A DNA stretch of 47,659 nt, the filler included, from Jimgerdemannia flammicorona (taxonomy: Eukaryota), in NCBI GenBank assembly GCA_003990765.1. It is 2 parts of 2 records of this genome, joined end to end, with 100 filler letters (N's around TTAATTAATTAA, not from the genome) between each part and the next. Parts side by side here need not be neighbours in the genome. Positions count along the whole stretch, not along the records: positions 1 to 23,781 come from RBNJ01001066.1; positions 23,882 to 47,659 come from RBNJ01001067.1. One strand, written 5' to 3'. The position numbers and the translations under genes were made by a program. Shown here piece after piece: positions 12,868-24,332 of the stretch (within the stretch, counting starts at the first letter, position 1; the number at the start of each line of letters is the position of its first letter). A model generated the notes under the pieces. That model was not told the origin of the DNA. It searched no databases and saw nothing but the letters and a program-made list of their open reading frames with translations.

Positions 12868-12970
12868 ATTCACATTTACATATTTATACATTATATTTAC
12901 ACATTTATGTATTACATTTACACATTTATATATTACATTTATATATTTATATATTACATTTACATTCACA
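12868..12970. repeat. Degenerate (CACATTTA/TACATTTA)n microsatellite
   Basis: Directly visible tandem 6-8-bp units. Confidence 0.8.
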
Positions 12971-13139
12971 AACTCATATATATGTATAGAAATATCTAAT
13001 AACTGATAGAATTTTAGCAGGCAGCATAGATGTGTTTAGATGTGTTTGGATATATTGGACATATGTAGACTACTAGCATGGCTGCCTGCAGATGATATGA
13101 TATGCATACAGTATAGACCTGATAGTCATTGATGTCTAC

Positions 13140-15100
13140 TAATCTGACTTTTCATCTTTATTCATTAAGATATCTAGGTCTATGCTAATTTTCTTAATCT
13201 TCTATATCTTAGACAAAACTATCATAAAGAAGTCCTGAAGATTCAACCTGCAGCATCAACACATTTCTCAATCCATTTTTCATAGTTTCAGTAAATTTTG
13301 CCATAGTTTATAAAAAGGAAGCTTTCCTTAATATCTTTGTAGATATAATAAAGCTAATGCAAAATAGTTATATATTTAATGAGTTCATAAATACCCAGAG
13401 ATAAAAATAACTGAAAATAACAAAACTGGACATACCAGAGTGCAGACAAATACAATTTGAGAGATTGTAAACTTATCTAAGAGAATCTTATTCTACTTAG
13501 TATAATTCTCCAAAAATAGTACATAGAGGGTATTTCAAATATATGGTCTAGTGAATGAATTCTTTGGCTTCTGAATGAATACTGGTTTACTCTGATCATC
13601 CTTCATAATGTTTCCATTAGCATCATAGTTAAAAACAAGTAGCTTCCAGATAAACCAATCATTGATCCAGAGATCAGCTAAGTCATTGAATGTAATTCCT
13701 TAACTTTGGGATCACTAATAGAGTTAGTAGAGTCAAACTTATAGTCAATGAAAATGCATACCAGGTAATTTTGGACATATTTTTTGGACTTCTCATGGGT
13801 CTGAGAATATTCATGATCATACTGTAAATTTAAAGTATTTTTAATAGACTGAAATATCTCTAGATAGAATTAGACTAACTCAGATACTTACTTTAGAAAT
13901 GAGGTCCTTATTGATATTAATATGAGGATATTTTTGGATTATCAAATCTACCATCTGTATTTGTTCCTCACATAAAGGAAAGGCATTAACAAAGAGGGTA
14001 AAATATTGGATGTCCAGGATAGTATATTTGAGCTACTTGAGACTCATTCCATATTTCTAATAGATATTATAGTTGACCTCAGCATCTGTTTTTCAAGGTT
14101 TCCTGTATGGAGCATTCCTGTGTGAATTCATACTAAATATCAAAAAATTATAATTATTAATATTCTAGCTTAGAGATATTAATGAAAATAACTAAAAATT
14201 ACAAAACATATCCAATTTTTTTTTCAAATATACTGACATGAAGAGGACTAGCATCTAATTCTTCTGCATCATTATTCTTATTCTAAAATTCTATATCTTG
14301 AACTGTGTGATCCTGAACTTCCTCCTCACTCTGAACATCTTATTGCTATCTATAGTTATCCTTACTACTTTTGATAATCCTTTGAGCAGACTGGATAGTT
14401 TGTTAGCTGTAATTTTGATTTGACTATACAAGGTCATCTTCATCACTATCAATGATTTGGTGAGAGAGTCTGGTGGCCTTCTGGTGAATGAGTTGTGGTC
14501 TAATTTCTTACTGTCCAGAACTATCTTTGTCACTCTCAATGATTTGGTGAGAAGATCCAGCAGCTGTTTAATAATTGCACTTTTGCTGCTGAAAGTTATC
14601 TTGGCTTTCAATAATCTAGTGAGAAGATCTAGTGGCCTTTAGGCTGGTGACTGTACTGATAACCTTTAAAGTGACAACATTTAGCTGGGTGACTTTTGGG
14701 CTATTAACCTTCAGACTTTTATACTTTAGTTCAATAGTATCTTCATCTCTATTAGCAGAGTGCTTAGTATTTCCTTTTTTATAAGTAATCTTGCATGATC
14801 CTTGAACATTGTTGGAAATCTCTTAATCATTGAACTTGGGGTCTTTCTGCATGTTCTTGTATTGGCCCATCTGGTATGATACCTGCATCTTGTTGAAAAT
14901 CTCTTAGTTGTCTGATTTGAAGACTTTTTTTTTACTGTTACTTTTTTCAATGATGAGTATATCATGTAGAAAAGAGGAGTTACCAAATATTCTATGTATT
15001 GTCCTGATGCTGATAGTGAAGGTGCTATATTTGTTTTTACCACCTATATTCTTTAGATATCCAATATATGATACCTTATAAGTAAGCAATAATGACATAA
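13140..15100 (-). pseudogene. Decayed intron-containing ORF divergent from the Plavaka-type transposase; probable second gene of the transposon
   Basis: Coding-like exons such as FVNAFPLCEEQIQMVDLII.. and SFTRPYI*NTLYVLFLEN..KFTISQIVFVCTL are bounded by GTAAGT..TACAG and GTATGT..TAG introns. An ~87-bp coding repeat lies at 14350-14640. Boundaries are approximate and the family assignment is tentative. Confidence 0.45.
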
Positions 15101-16020
15101 CAATGAACTACTCATATCTGATATACAGTATATGGTATTGTAGTATACATAATACAGAATCGAGGAGCTGCTCACCTTCTAATATATATAGCATAATGTT
15201 ACAGTATATAGTATATAGAAAAGATAAACTGCTTATGTCTGATAATATATAGTTTGGTATATAGTATGTGGTATATAGTGTACAGTATATAAGAATTATG
15301 GTTTCTTACATCTGTCTATCTACTTATATCTATGATGAAATGATAGAGCTTATTTCTTGCAGCTGTCTTATTTATATATAGTGATAGAGCTTAATTATAT
15401 TTCTTATAACTATCTCTTTCGTCTATAATAATGAGGCTTACTTATATCTTTCTGTTTTGTGATAGAGCTAATGTTTTTTATGATCACTTATCTGCCTTGA
15501 AACTTTGAACTTTGGAATGTTACATCATATGTGAGCAGTTCCTCTTTTCTGTACACCAAATATAGACATAAGCCCCTTCTCTTTTCTGCCTTCTCTTTCT
15601 GTATGCTGTAAGCTGCACCATTAGATATGAGCAGACCCTCTTTTCTGCACAGCTCCTCTTTTCTGTACACTGCAAGCCACACACCACATACTATATACAT
15701 TGGATATGAGCAAATTCTCTTTTCTACTGCAAACATTAGATATAAGTAAGTTCTCTTTTCTGTTGCAAATATTGGATATAAGTAAGTCTTCTTATCTATA
15801 TACTGCATGCTGCACACTACTATACACTATATACTACCATATATATAGGATGTGAGCAGCTCTTTTCTATATGCCATAAGTAAGCTATTTGCTACATACT
15901 ACATACTACTGCATACTATATACCACCATACACATAGGACATGAGCAGCTCTTTTCTGCATACTACAAACAAGCCACATGCCTCATATCATATACCATAT
16001 ACTACATACTGTATGAACAA
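15100..16020. repeat. Intergenic region with repeated GTGAGCAGCTC-like motifs in inverted arrangement
   Basis: GAGCTGCTCAC at ~15165 and similar motifs at 15105-15240 face GTGAGCAG(C/T)TC copies at ~15531, 15629, 15707, 15852 and 15942. The flanking ATAGTATGTGG and CCACCATATAC-like runs are also inverted. Confidence 0.6.
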
Positions 16021-16022
16021 CT

Positions 16023-17185
16023 ATGACTCATCCTAAGTCTGGAAATAGACTTGAATATCAAATCTATTATAAAGTATTTAAGTCAGCCTTAGGGCTGACC
16101 CAGTACAACAATAGCCAACATCATTATATCTCCAGAAGTTCAAGTTCTCTTCCAATTGATGATAGTAAAAATTTTGAAACATTATATACAAATTCTGCCT
16201 CTGCTCCTACTGCTGTGATTGGGGTACCTCTAGATATTATAAACCTTTTACTGCAATTGGCAAATTCAACCTCTACTGCTACTGCTACTGCTGTGGTTAA
16301 AGTATCTAAGTATGATTCTGAGCATATTTCTGAGCATAATTCTGAGTATAATTCTGAGTACATTCTGAGTATGATTCTGAGCACAATTCTGAGCATGATT
16401 CTGAGCATAATTCTGAGTATGATTCCGATTCTGAGTATGATTCTGAGCATGATTCCAAGTACAATTCTGATGATAATACAAGCTCTGAGATAGAATCTGT
16501 AGATATCAACTAAGGTTTTATTAGTCTTCCAGACCTGATAGTATATGGTGAAGTCCTACCTCATTATCAGGCTGGCTATATATATCAAACAGAAGATTCT
16601 GTATCTCTAGTTTTCAAAATTCAGAAGAATTAATACAAATAGGATAGATATCTATATTATTTCTAGTTGAATGAAGATGAGCTCTGACTTATTAAATTTT
16701 TGTTTTCAAAGTCCAAAATGTCAATGAAGGCTGCTGACTATTTGCTGGATAGATTTAGACACTAGAGGATATTAATGTCTGGTCTATCTTTCAATACAAG
16801 TAAGCAGATATTAGAGCATATTGATCAGGCACCATTTCTTCAGATAAAGTGATTGATAATTTAAGTATATTAATAAATATATTAATTATATATCTTAATT
16901 GTTAAGTCTTAATTACTATAAATATATTTTGATCTATTTTAGACATTCTTATATAGTTATTACTATAAAGTATAATGCTGAGTCTTGGTGTGGTGATTAT
17001 ATTCTATGGTATCAAAACCCCTTAGTTATTATTCAAAGTATGTTCAATAATCCTATATTTAAAGAACAAATGGTATATACTTCTGAGAAACACTTCTCTC
17101 AAGATGGAAGTCAATTATACTCAGAAATTTACTGGTCAGATTGGTGGTAGCATTTACAGGTATTTATATAAATAGATATTAAGTA

Positions 17186-17224
<39 letters not shown>

Positions 17225-19798
17225 CTAATTATTGAAAACTACTTATATATCTTCAGGATATCTTACCAGAGGGAGCTACTGTCATTCTGATTCTTTTTGA
17301 TATTGATGAGACATGCCTTACTTATTTAGAAAGAATTTCCTACTATCTATTATATCTGAGTATTGGCAATCTATCAAAGATTGCATGGTGTATATATAGA
17401 GATCATGTATATACACTTGTAGTATATTCCCCTATTCTGGAGGGTTCAGGATAAGATACAGATAAACTATCATTTATAGAGGCTAAAAGAGTTCTTTATC
17501 ATCACTATATACAAAAGATCTTAAAATATCTAGATGTTGTAACATAAAGATAATTATTATCAAATGATTATACATATCTATTTTTATAAAAAAAAAATTA
17601 ATTATTAATTTTATTATACTTATATAATAGATGATTATAGAAAAGACCTAATAAAAAAACTCACAACTGCTATCTAGTGATATTATCTTTTCATGTTGAC
17701 TATCCTGAAGTATGTTTGCTTACCTTGATACATCAAAATCAAGCCTGTTCAATTTATATGATACCAAAAAGTAATTTTGCAAATCTTTTCAAGAAACATC
17801 ACAATTATATAGTATAATAAATATCATAAGTCTTTTATCTTGCATGAGATCTAGAAAAATAAAGAGATATTAAAAAAGCAAGAGAGTTGCTCCAGATAAA
17901 TAGACTTGTTAATGTACAGGTATATATATAGTTTTTACTAAATTTAATTTATAAAATATTTACTAAATTACTAATTCTTTAATTATTTATTTAGAATTGC
18001 CTATGAAAAATTCCTCAATGCAACATATATTCAACTATTATGCCTGATTTGCTTCATCAACTTAAGGCGGGTGTTTGGTCATATTTATTGAACTGGTTTC
18101 AATATCTTCTATAAAAAATCTATAATACTTGAAAAGCAAATCAATACTTAGATGAGTTTGACAAATGATTTGCATTTATTCTACATTTTGTAAATATCAA
18201 ACAATTCTCTAAAGGAATTTAGCATATAGAATATATTACTGCTAGTAAATATGCAGATATTATAAAGATATTTATAATATATTTATAATATATTTTTTAT
18301 ATTATTAATTATCTAAATAATATTTTAGTATATATATATATTTATTACTATCACTATGTCTATTATTTCATCTAATTCCCTGTTGCCTTTCCTGCTATTG
18401 ACATGCCCATCTATCAATATGCCTATATCTCTGTCTTAATCATATTGCTCATTATTTGTCTCAATCATATTATCTATCTCAATCATATTACCTCAATTAT
18501 ATCATCCATCATTCATCTCAATTGTTCATATATTCTGTTTCAATCATTCATATCATCCATAGTATCATTCATCTCAACCATATTAATATAATTCTAGATT
18601 TTCTTACCTTGTATTAGAGACTTCTTTACCAGTAATAGAGAATTGTTAACTCTTAATACTATTCAATTCTTTATAAACTGATATATACTGATATCAATAC
18701 CAGTATAATCTAAACCATTACTGGAGAAAGTATCTCAATTTCTGAAGAAATTCAATTAATGCAAGAGAATATTTAAAGATATATCAAGATGTTCTGTCAG
18801 CATTCACACTCCAGAATTATGAACAGAAAATTATAGATTATGAAACTCCAGATAACTTTAATACAGAATATATAGAGTATCAGCATATTACTGATGCCAA
18901 ACAACCATATTCTCATACTAACAAATGTGATCACATTCCTCAGATGATTTAATATATGCAGTGTAAAACTATTCTAGAGATAAAGTAGTAGTATTTGGAG
19001 ATTCAGAAACCTTCTATATCTATTCAAGATATATACCACTATTGTTCTTTAAACTCTTGAACAAAACACTCTTCAATACTTATATCATTAGCAAACATTC
19101 AATATAATATAAATATAGAACTATGCATTTAAAATTTTCTTCATAATTAGCTATTTCAAGATGGAGAAGGGAGTCAACATGGGGTAAAGAAGTGCAATCT
19201 TCTAGAGCTACAGAATCCACAGATATATATTTAATTTTACTATTTAAACTATAATTAAATATAGTTTAAAAACTATACTCATATTATTATTATTATCATT
19301 ATTATTATTGGGATACAGATTACTGTTTTTTAATTATTAAATCTTTATATATCTGATATCTTTAGAGATAATGCAGTCATACACTATATATATCAATGCA
19401 ACTCCAGTTTTTATAGACAGCTATAATATGACTAGATAGCACTTCTCAATAGCTGAATCAAAGAGAAATTAGGTAATATTTCCGACTTCAATATTGCACA
19501 ATTGAAACTACTATTTACATATGAGCATGAAAGTAAAATATTTTATCTTACTTGTATCCAGTACTTTAAAATACTCAGTGTATAGGATTCAGATATATGT
19601 ATGATAATGTTGGAACATACAGAATCATTTGAAGTTATTCAAATTAGTGATATAATATATAATATTCATTTGATTCCATACTTTGATAGTTCTTCTATTG
19701 CAAGTAATGTTCTAAAAGATAAAAAAGATATCTATAGCTTTGAGAAATATCTTCTTAATTACTATAGTGACAGATATGTTTACTTCAAGTTCAATTAA
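16023..19798 (+). pseudogene. Plavaka-type (CACTA/EnSpm-related) transposase pseudogene, multi-exon
   Basis: N-terminal decayed C2H2 finger (EYQIYYKVFKSALGLTQYNNSQH, with C>Y and H>Y transitions). Motifs recognised: YSEIYWSDWW*HLQ|DILPEGATV, YLSIGNL, HVDYPEVCLL, PDLLHQLKAGVW, DNFNTEYIEYQHITDAKQPYSHTNK, and C-terminal NIHLIPYF..YLLNYYSD. Exons are separated by AT-rich GT..AG introns. Confidence 0.85.
16309..16472. repeat. 12-bp tandem repeat (ATGATTCTGAGC consensus) encoding an acidic (H/Y)(D/N)SE tract
   Basis: Directly visible; lies in the N-terminal part of the transposase ORF. Confidence 0.85.
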
Positions 19799-19832
19799 CT
19801 CTAGATATTCTCCATATATTGTATCATAATAT

Positions 19833-20650
19833 TGTAATGCACAATAGCTCTCAGGGAGCAGATAACAAGTTGGAGTTGATGATTTACTATTAGTGTTTAG
19901 TAGATAATTCTAGTGAGTACCAGCAGTAGATTCATCAATAGTTCAACTAGATTGATTCCTAGTTCCCAGTTGAGCAAATTACAGAAAGACCCACTCCTTG
20001 TCAGAATGAATCCACATACTGAAATTCAATCCAAATTCGGTACCTTAGTAAAATCAAGTTAAAACCAGAGACTGGTTCCCATGCTTTGATAGAATTGTTT
20101 GAGCTCAGTTCAAACCCCTGGACCTCCCCTTTGGAACAGAGCTTGTCAGGATCCCTGAAATCATTCTCACTGAGTTTCATGAGATTATGACCCATTCTCA
20201 TGGAGATATACATCAAAATATCAAGAAGATATCTCAAAATATACAACCATGAGAAAATAGCCTATATATAGAGAACCACCAAAGATACCCAAGAGAAAAC
20301 ACCTCCCTAAAATCACCAGAGACCTCAGCTACAATCTATCTAAAGCTGAAGATTATTCCCCAATTCATTAATAAGTTATTCAAGTTCTTTCAAAACCTTG
20401 ATCAAAACTTCAAATCCAAATATCTCCATAACCAAGAGATATTTCAAGAAACAGATATCAGGATAATTTTCTAGCAATTTGAGGCTATCTCTATGCCAAG
20501 TTTCAAGAGGATAGCTTTATTCCTTAGAAATTTCACACTGCCTTCTTTTTATAACAAAAAAATCAGTCAGTATAGAGAAATCCGGATTTGGTTTGCCACC
20601 AAGCCACCCGAAAAGCAGTCCATGTCATGTTTTCTGCCATGTTCATCACA
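19833..20650 (+). mobile_element. Probable solo LTR, 818 bp
   Basis: Termini TGTAATG / CATCACA form an inverted repeat with one transition. 4-bp flanking duplication ATAT/ATAT. TATATATAG at ~20263. Composition differs from the AT-rich flanks. The TSD is low-complexity, so support is moderate. Confidence 0.55.
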
Positions 20651-20711
20651 ATATATAGCTCTATGATGATTTAAGTATATTTTTAGTAACTTCTGTATGT
20701 TATATTGTCAG

Positions 20712-20870
20712 TTACTGGAGACAGCTAGAGACTACTGGATAACATTGGAGATACTGGAGATAGAGATGTTGGAGATGGATATACATAGAGACACTGGAGA
20801 TGGAGATATTGGAGATAGATATGTCTGGAGATACTGGAGATGAAGATGCTGGAGATGGAGATCTGTGAGA
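20712..20870. repeat. Degenerate GGAGAT/ACTGGAGAT minisatellite
   Basis: Directly visible tandem units. Confidence 0.75.
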
Positions 20871-21235
20871 GATTGCAAATCAAATTAAATTTATGATGTA
20901 CCAGACTAAGTATACTAATTTGAAGTAAAGAGAAGTTTTCTATAATATTAGTGACAGAGTTATGCTTAGAACAGACTATCTCTATCCAGATATCTTGGCC
21001 TAGCAATCCTTCAAGAAGCTCTGTATCAGAAGAATTAGACTATACAAGCTACAACTTCCCTACAATATCTGAGTCTATCTAGTATTTTATATCAGTCAAT
21101 TAGTAGACTACTATAAAAACCCTTTCCTCAAATATACAGTTCTATCACTACTCCTAATTAGAATTAATAACTATAAGAAATTCAAAATTGAGAAAGTTCT
21201 TAATTATAAGATTTGCAAATATATAAAAACAGTCA

Positions 21236-22549
21236 CCTTTCTCTACTATAATTTACATTATACATACTTTTATAATATACTTTCAAGTCATTTATTGGAG
21301 AAAGATACTAAGGCAATGGTAAACAGTAAGCAAGTAGACACATATATTAGGTCAAGTGGATCCATGCTTACCAACAACTCTCTCTGCTATAAGGAATGAC
21401 GTGCCCAGATAGGCAACATGAGCAATACAGATAACATGGACAATATAGGCAACATGGGCAATATGGGTGAGCAAGACAGACAAGATGGGCAAGACAGATA
21501 AGATGACAAAATGACAAAATGGGCAATATGGGCAAGATGGACAAATAGCAAGATAGGCAATATGGGCAAAATAGACAAAATGAGCAATATAGACAATATG
21601 GGCAATATGGACAACATGGGTAATACAGGTAGGCAAGATGGGCAAGATGGGCAAGATGGGTAAGACAGGCAAGATAGGCAAGACAGCAAGATAACAAGAT
21701 GGGTAACATAGGCAAGACAGGCAAGATGGACAAGATGAGCAAGATGGGCAAGACAGTAAGATGGATGACATGGGCAAGATGGGCAGATGGCAAGACAGGT
21801 GATATGGACAAGATGGGCAAAATGAGCAAAATGGGCAAAATGGGCAACACAGGCAATATGGGCAACATGGGCAATACAAGCAACATGGGTGAGTAATATG
21901 GGTAATATGGATAATATAGGTAATATGAGCAACACAAACAACATGGGCAGGCAAGACAGAAAGATGGGCAAGATGGCAAGATGGCAAGACAGATGACATG
22001 GGTAAGATAGGCAGACAGCAAGACAGGCGATATAGACAAGATGAGCAAAATGGGCAAAATAGGCAATATAGACAATATAGACAATATGGACAATATAGAC
22101 AATATGAGCAATATGGGTAATACAGACAACATGGGCAATATGGGTGGGCAAGATAGACAAGATGAGTAAGATGGGCAAGATGGGTAAGATGGACAAGACA
22201 GCAAGATAGCAACATGGGCAATATAGGCAATATGAGCAGGCAAGATGGGCAAGATAGACAAAATGGGTAAGATGGGTAAGATGGGTAAGACAGGAGGTAC
22301 TAATAGAGATAGGTCAAATGCACTAGATGCCAAGTACTTGAGGTGGTTAGGACTCACAATCCATACCCACTCTTGGGTGGGGCAGGCTGAGTAGGAGGAT
22401 CTAGTTACTTGGGCAGTAAGATCACAACTCATATCCTAAAGATACAAGGCTGAGTGAGTATAAAGGTGGGTTGAGATTGGGGTGGAATGGGGCTACTGAT
22501 ATAATATGAGGATATATAGCATGTTATAGATAGTTAATAAATGAGAAAA
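21236..22549 (+). mobile_element. Composite non-autonomous retrotransposon: LINE 5' head, VNTR and A-tailed 3' segment
   Basis: Perfect 19-bp TSD AAATATATAAAAACAGTCA (21217-21235 and 22550-22568). 21237-21362 is collinear with the 5' end of LINE B (30226-30101, minus strand). AATAAA at 22536-22541 is followed by a short A run. Confidence 0.82.
21406..22292 (+). repeat. ~890-bp VNTR of 9-bp units (ATGGGCAAG / ATGGGCAAT) with 8-bp variants
   Basis: Directly visible; accounts for the three low-complexity minus-strand ORFs at 21352-22432. Confidence 0.95.
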
Positions 22550-22770
22550 AAATATATAAAAACAGTCAAGTAGTTTTTCCTTATCAAGTAGAGGAGTTAC
22601 CCTACTCATAATACTATCTGGAAAAAGAAAGAAGTACTGAAAAATATATATAAAGCTCACTAGAACTATATAGAAATACTTACTCTATAATAAGAATAAA
22701 AACTACAACTCTAAAACCAGAATATATAGTAAATATGAAAGAGATTATTATGTTTATCTAAGATATGTAT

Positions 22771-23781
22771 TGTCACGTAGTGGTCGCTGAGTCCTTCAAA
22801 TATGCCAGATTCTCTTCAAGGTGTATCTCTTAGACTAACTCAAGTTTGTTATAAGCAAGTTCTTATTGGAGTGCCTTCCCAAGGTCTTATAGTCCTCAAA
22901 CTTCTTATCTTTAACTGTCTTGTTATCTCTTTAGATTACTTGCAAGGGATTGTGTATTGCACTGAACTTGACTGAATGCACTGAATTGACTGACTTTATT
23001 TCAGAGGAAATAAGAGAGGTATTTATACAAAATAGAATTCAATGGTTGCTAAGATATAAAGCTAAATATAAATTTCAATAACTAAAACTACTGAGTTCTA
23101 GGGCTGGCATTATTTAGTACCACATCAAAATACCAGTGCTGGAACAATTTCGCGTCACCTCAGAATACCAGTGCTGGCATTATCCAGTGTTACATGAGAA
23201 TACCGGTGCTGGCATTATCCAGTGTAACAAAGAACTTTTAGAGCAGAAAGTTCAGGATCATGGGAGCTTCATCATCATCATCACTGAAGGAGATGAGATC
23301 CGCGAATTTGTCATGTAGGTCATGCGTCTCACGTACTTCGTCATTTTCGCATGCCTCGATGTTGCGCGGGATGACGTCATCGATGACGTCATCACGTTCG
23401 GCTGTGGCGGGAAAATCAGGAACAAGGTCTGGAGCTCTCCAGTCTATGAGGTTCTCCTCTACAAAATAGGGGACAAATGTGGGGTCTTGGGGGGATCTAA
23501 CCCGGATGCTTGGGCCTTGGAATACTGAGATCAATCCTTGCAGGAATTGGTCTGGGTTGTCCTGAAGGATAGGGTGCCAGAAGTCTTCTACTTCTTTGCT
23601 GTTGAGGGTGATGGTGGACTGGGCTTCTGTAGCTACCCTGGCTTCTAGTGCATTGATGCGGCGGGATGACAGGTCTCTGAAGTCTGAGACTCTAACATAC
23701 TCCAAGTTGGGGATCGACCATGGTGCATGCCTGAAGATCTGATGGATCTTCTTTGCTGTCCTTGCCTCACGTAAGTCTATG
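22771..23781 (-). mobile_element. Young LTR 3' portion, truncated by the assembly gap
   Basis: Abrupt TGTCACG terminus at 22771. Minus-strand TATAAATA at ~23020-23027. AATACC(A/G)GTGCTGG direct repeats at 23129-23230. CpG is retained, unlike in the flanks. Confidence 0.7.
23238..23780 (-). CDS. Uncharacterised LTR-element accessory ORF, 5'-partial at the gap
   Basis: Open without stops from the gap edge: IDLREARTAKKIHQIFRHAPWSIPNLEYVRVSDFRDLSSRR...FSDDDDEAPMILNFLL*. It shares a motif with 35490-35885. Confidence 0.7.
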   Translation of the reverse strand: MDLREARTAKKIHQIFRHAPWSIPNLEYVRVSDFRDLSSRRINALEARVATEAQSTITLNSKEVEDFWHPILQDNPDQFLQGLISVFQGPSIRVRSPQDPTFVPYFVEENLIDWRAPDLVPDFPATAERDDVIDDVIPRNIEACENDEVRETHDLHDKFADLISFSDDDDEAPMILNFLL

Positions 23782-23881
23782 NNNNNNNNNNNNNNNNNNN
23801 NNNNNNNNNNNNNNNNNNNNNNNNNTTAATTAATTAANNNNNNNNNNNNNNNNNNNNNNNNNNNNNNNNNNNNNNNNNNNN
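23782..23881. other. Assembly gap with artificial TTAATTAATTAA linker
   Basis: 44 N, then TTAATTAATTAA (23826-23837, stop codons in all six frames), then 44 N. Confidence 0.98.
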
Positions 23882-24010
23882 ACTCAATTCACAGATCTCT
23901 TCTACTAGATGGTGATGTTGCCTACTCTAGAGACCCCAACCAATCCACCACCCTGCCAGCAAATCACCCATCAACCTCTTCCATCTTAATAATTTCTTCT
24001 ATATACCTCT

Positions 24011-24012
<2 letters not shown>

Positions 24013-24047
<35 letters not shown>

Positions 24048-24332
24048 GTCACTCAGACTCCTTCCTTTATTAATACACCTGTCTATCCTCTATATAATAT
24101 ACTGTACCCACTCCTATCTAATCCTCCTAGGGGGTCTTTCCTCCTCTTACTCTCTCTTAATGAAAGACCACTTTGTTATTTATCATTACCACTCACCCAC
24201 CACTCAATTCACAGATCTCTTCTACTAGATGGTGATGTTGCCTACTCTAGAGACCCCAACCAATCCACCACCCTGCCAGCAAATCACCCATCAACCTCTT
24301 CCATCTTAATAATTTCTTCTATATACCTATCC
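24013..24332 (-). mobile_element. 3' end of older 5'-truncated LINE copy E (continues at 30245-30610)
   Basis: A poly(T) from 24013 followed by ATAGTCACTCAGAC is the reverse complement of the LINE 3' end. It joins 30260 onward when LINE B is removed. Confidence 0.75.

Noticed and set aside
16124..16509. Low-complexity minus-strand ORFs (MLRI, HAQN, SESY repeats)
   Set aside because: They are translations of the 12-bp tandem repeat.
21406..22292. Possible CRISPR-like or telomeric array
   Set aside because: There are no unique spacers and no cas genes, the context is eukaryotic, and the unit is a degenerate interstitial 9-mer enclosed by a TSD.
21352..22432. Three long minus-strand ORFs (269-354 aa) rich in Cys/Pro/Leu/His, metallothionein-like in appearance
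   Set aside because: They are open in all three frames only because the 9-bp repeat lacks stops on that strand.
23826..23837. TTAATTAATTAA palindrome
   Set aside because: It is centred in exactly 44+44 Ns, so it is an artificial six-frame-stop contig linker.
23882..24012. 131-bp near-exact duplicate of 24202-24332, suggesting a tandem array of LINE 3' ends
   Set aside because: It abuts the gap, differs by one base while everything nearby is far more diverged, and both copies end at a poly(T). It is most likely a mis-assembly.
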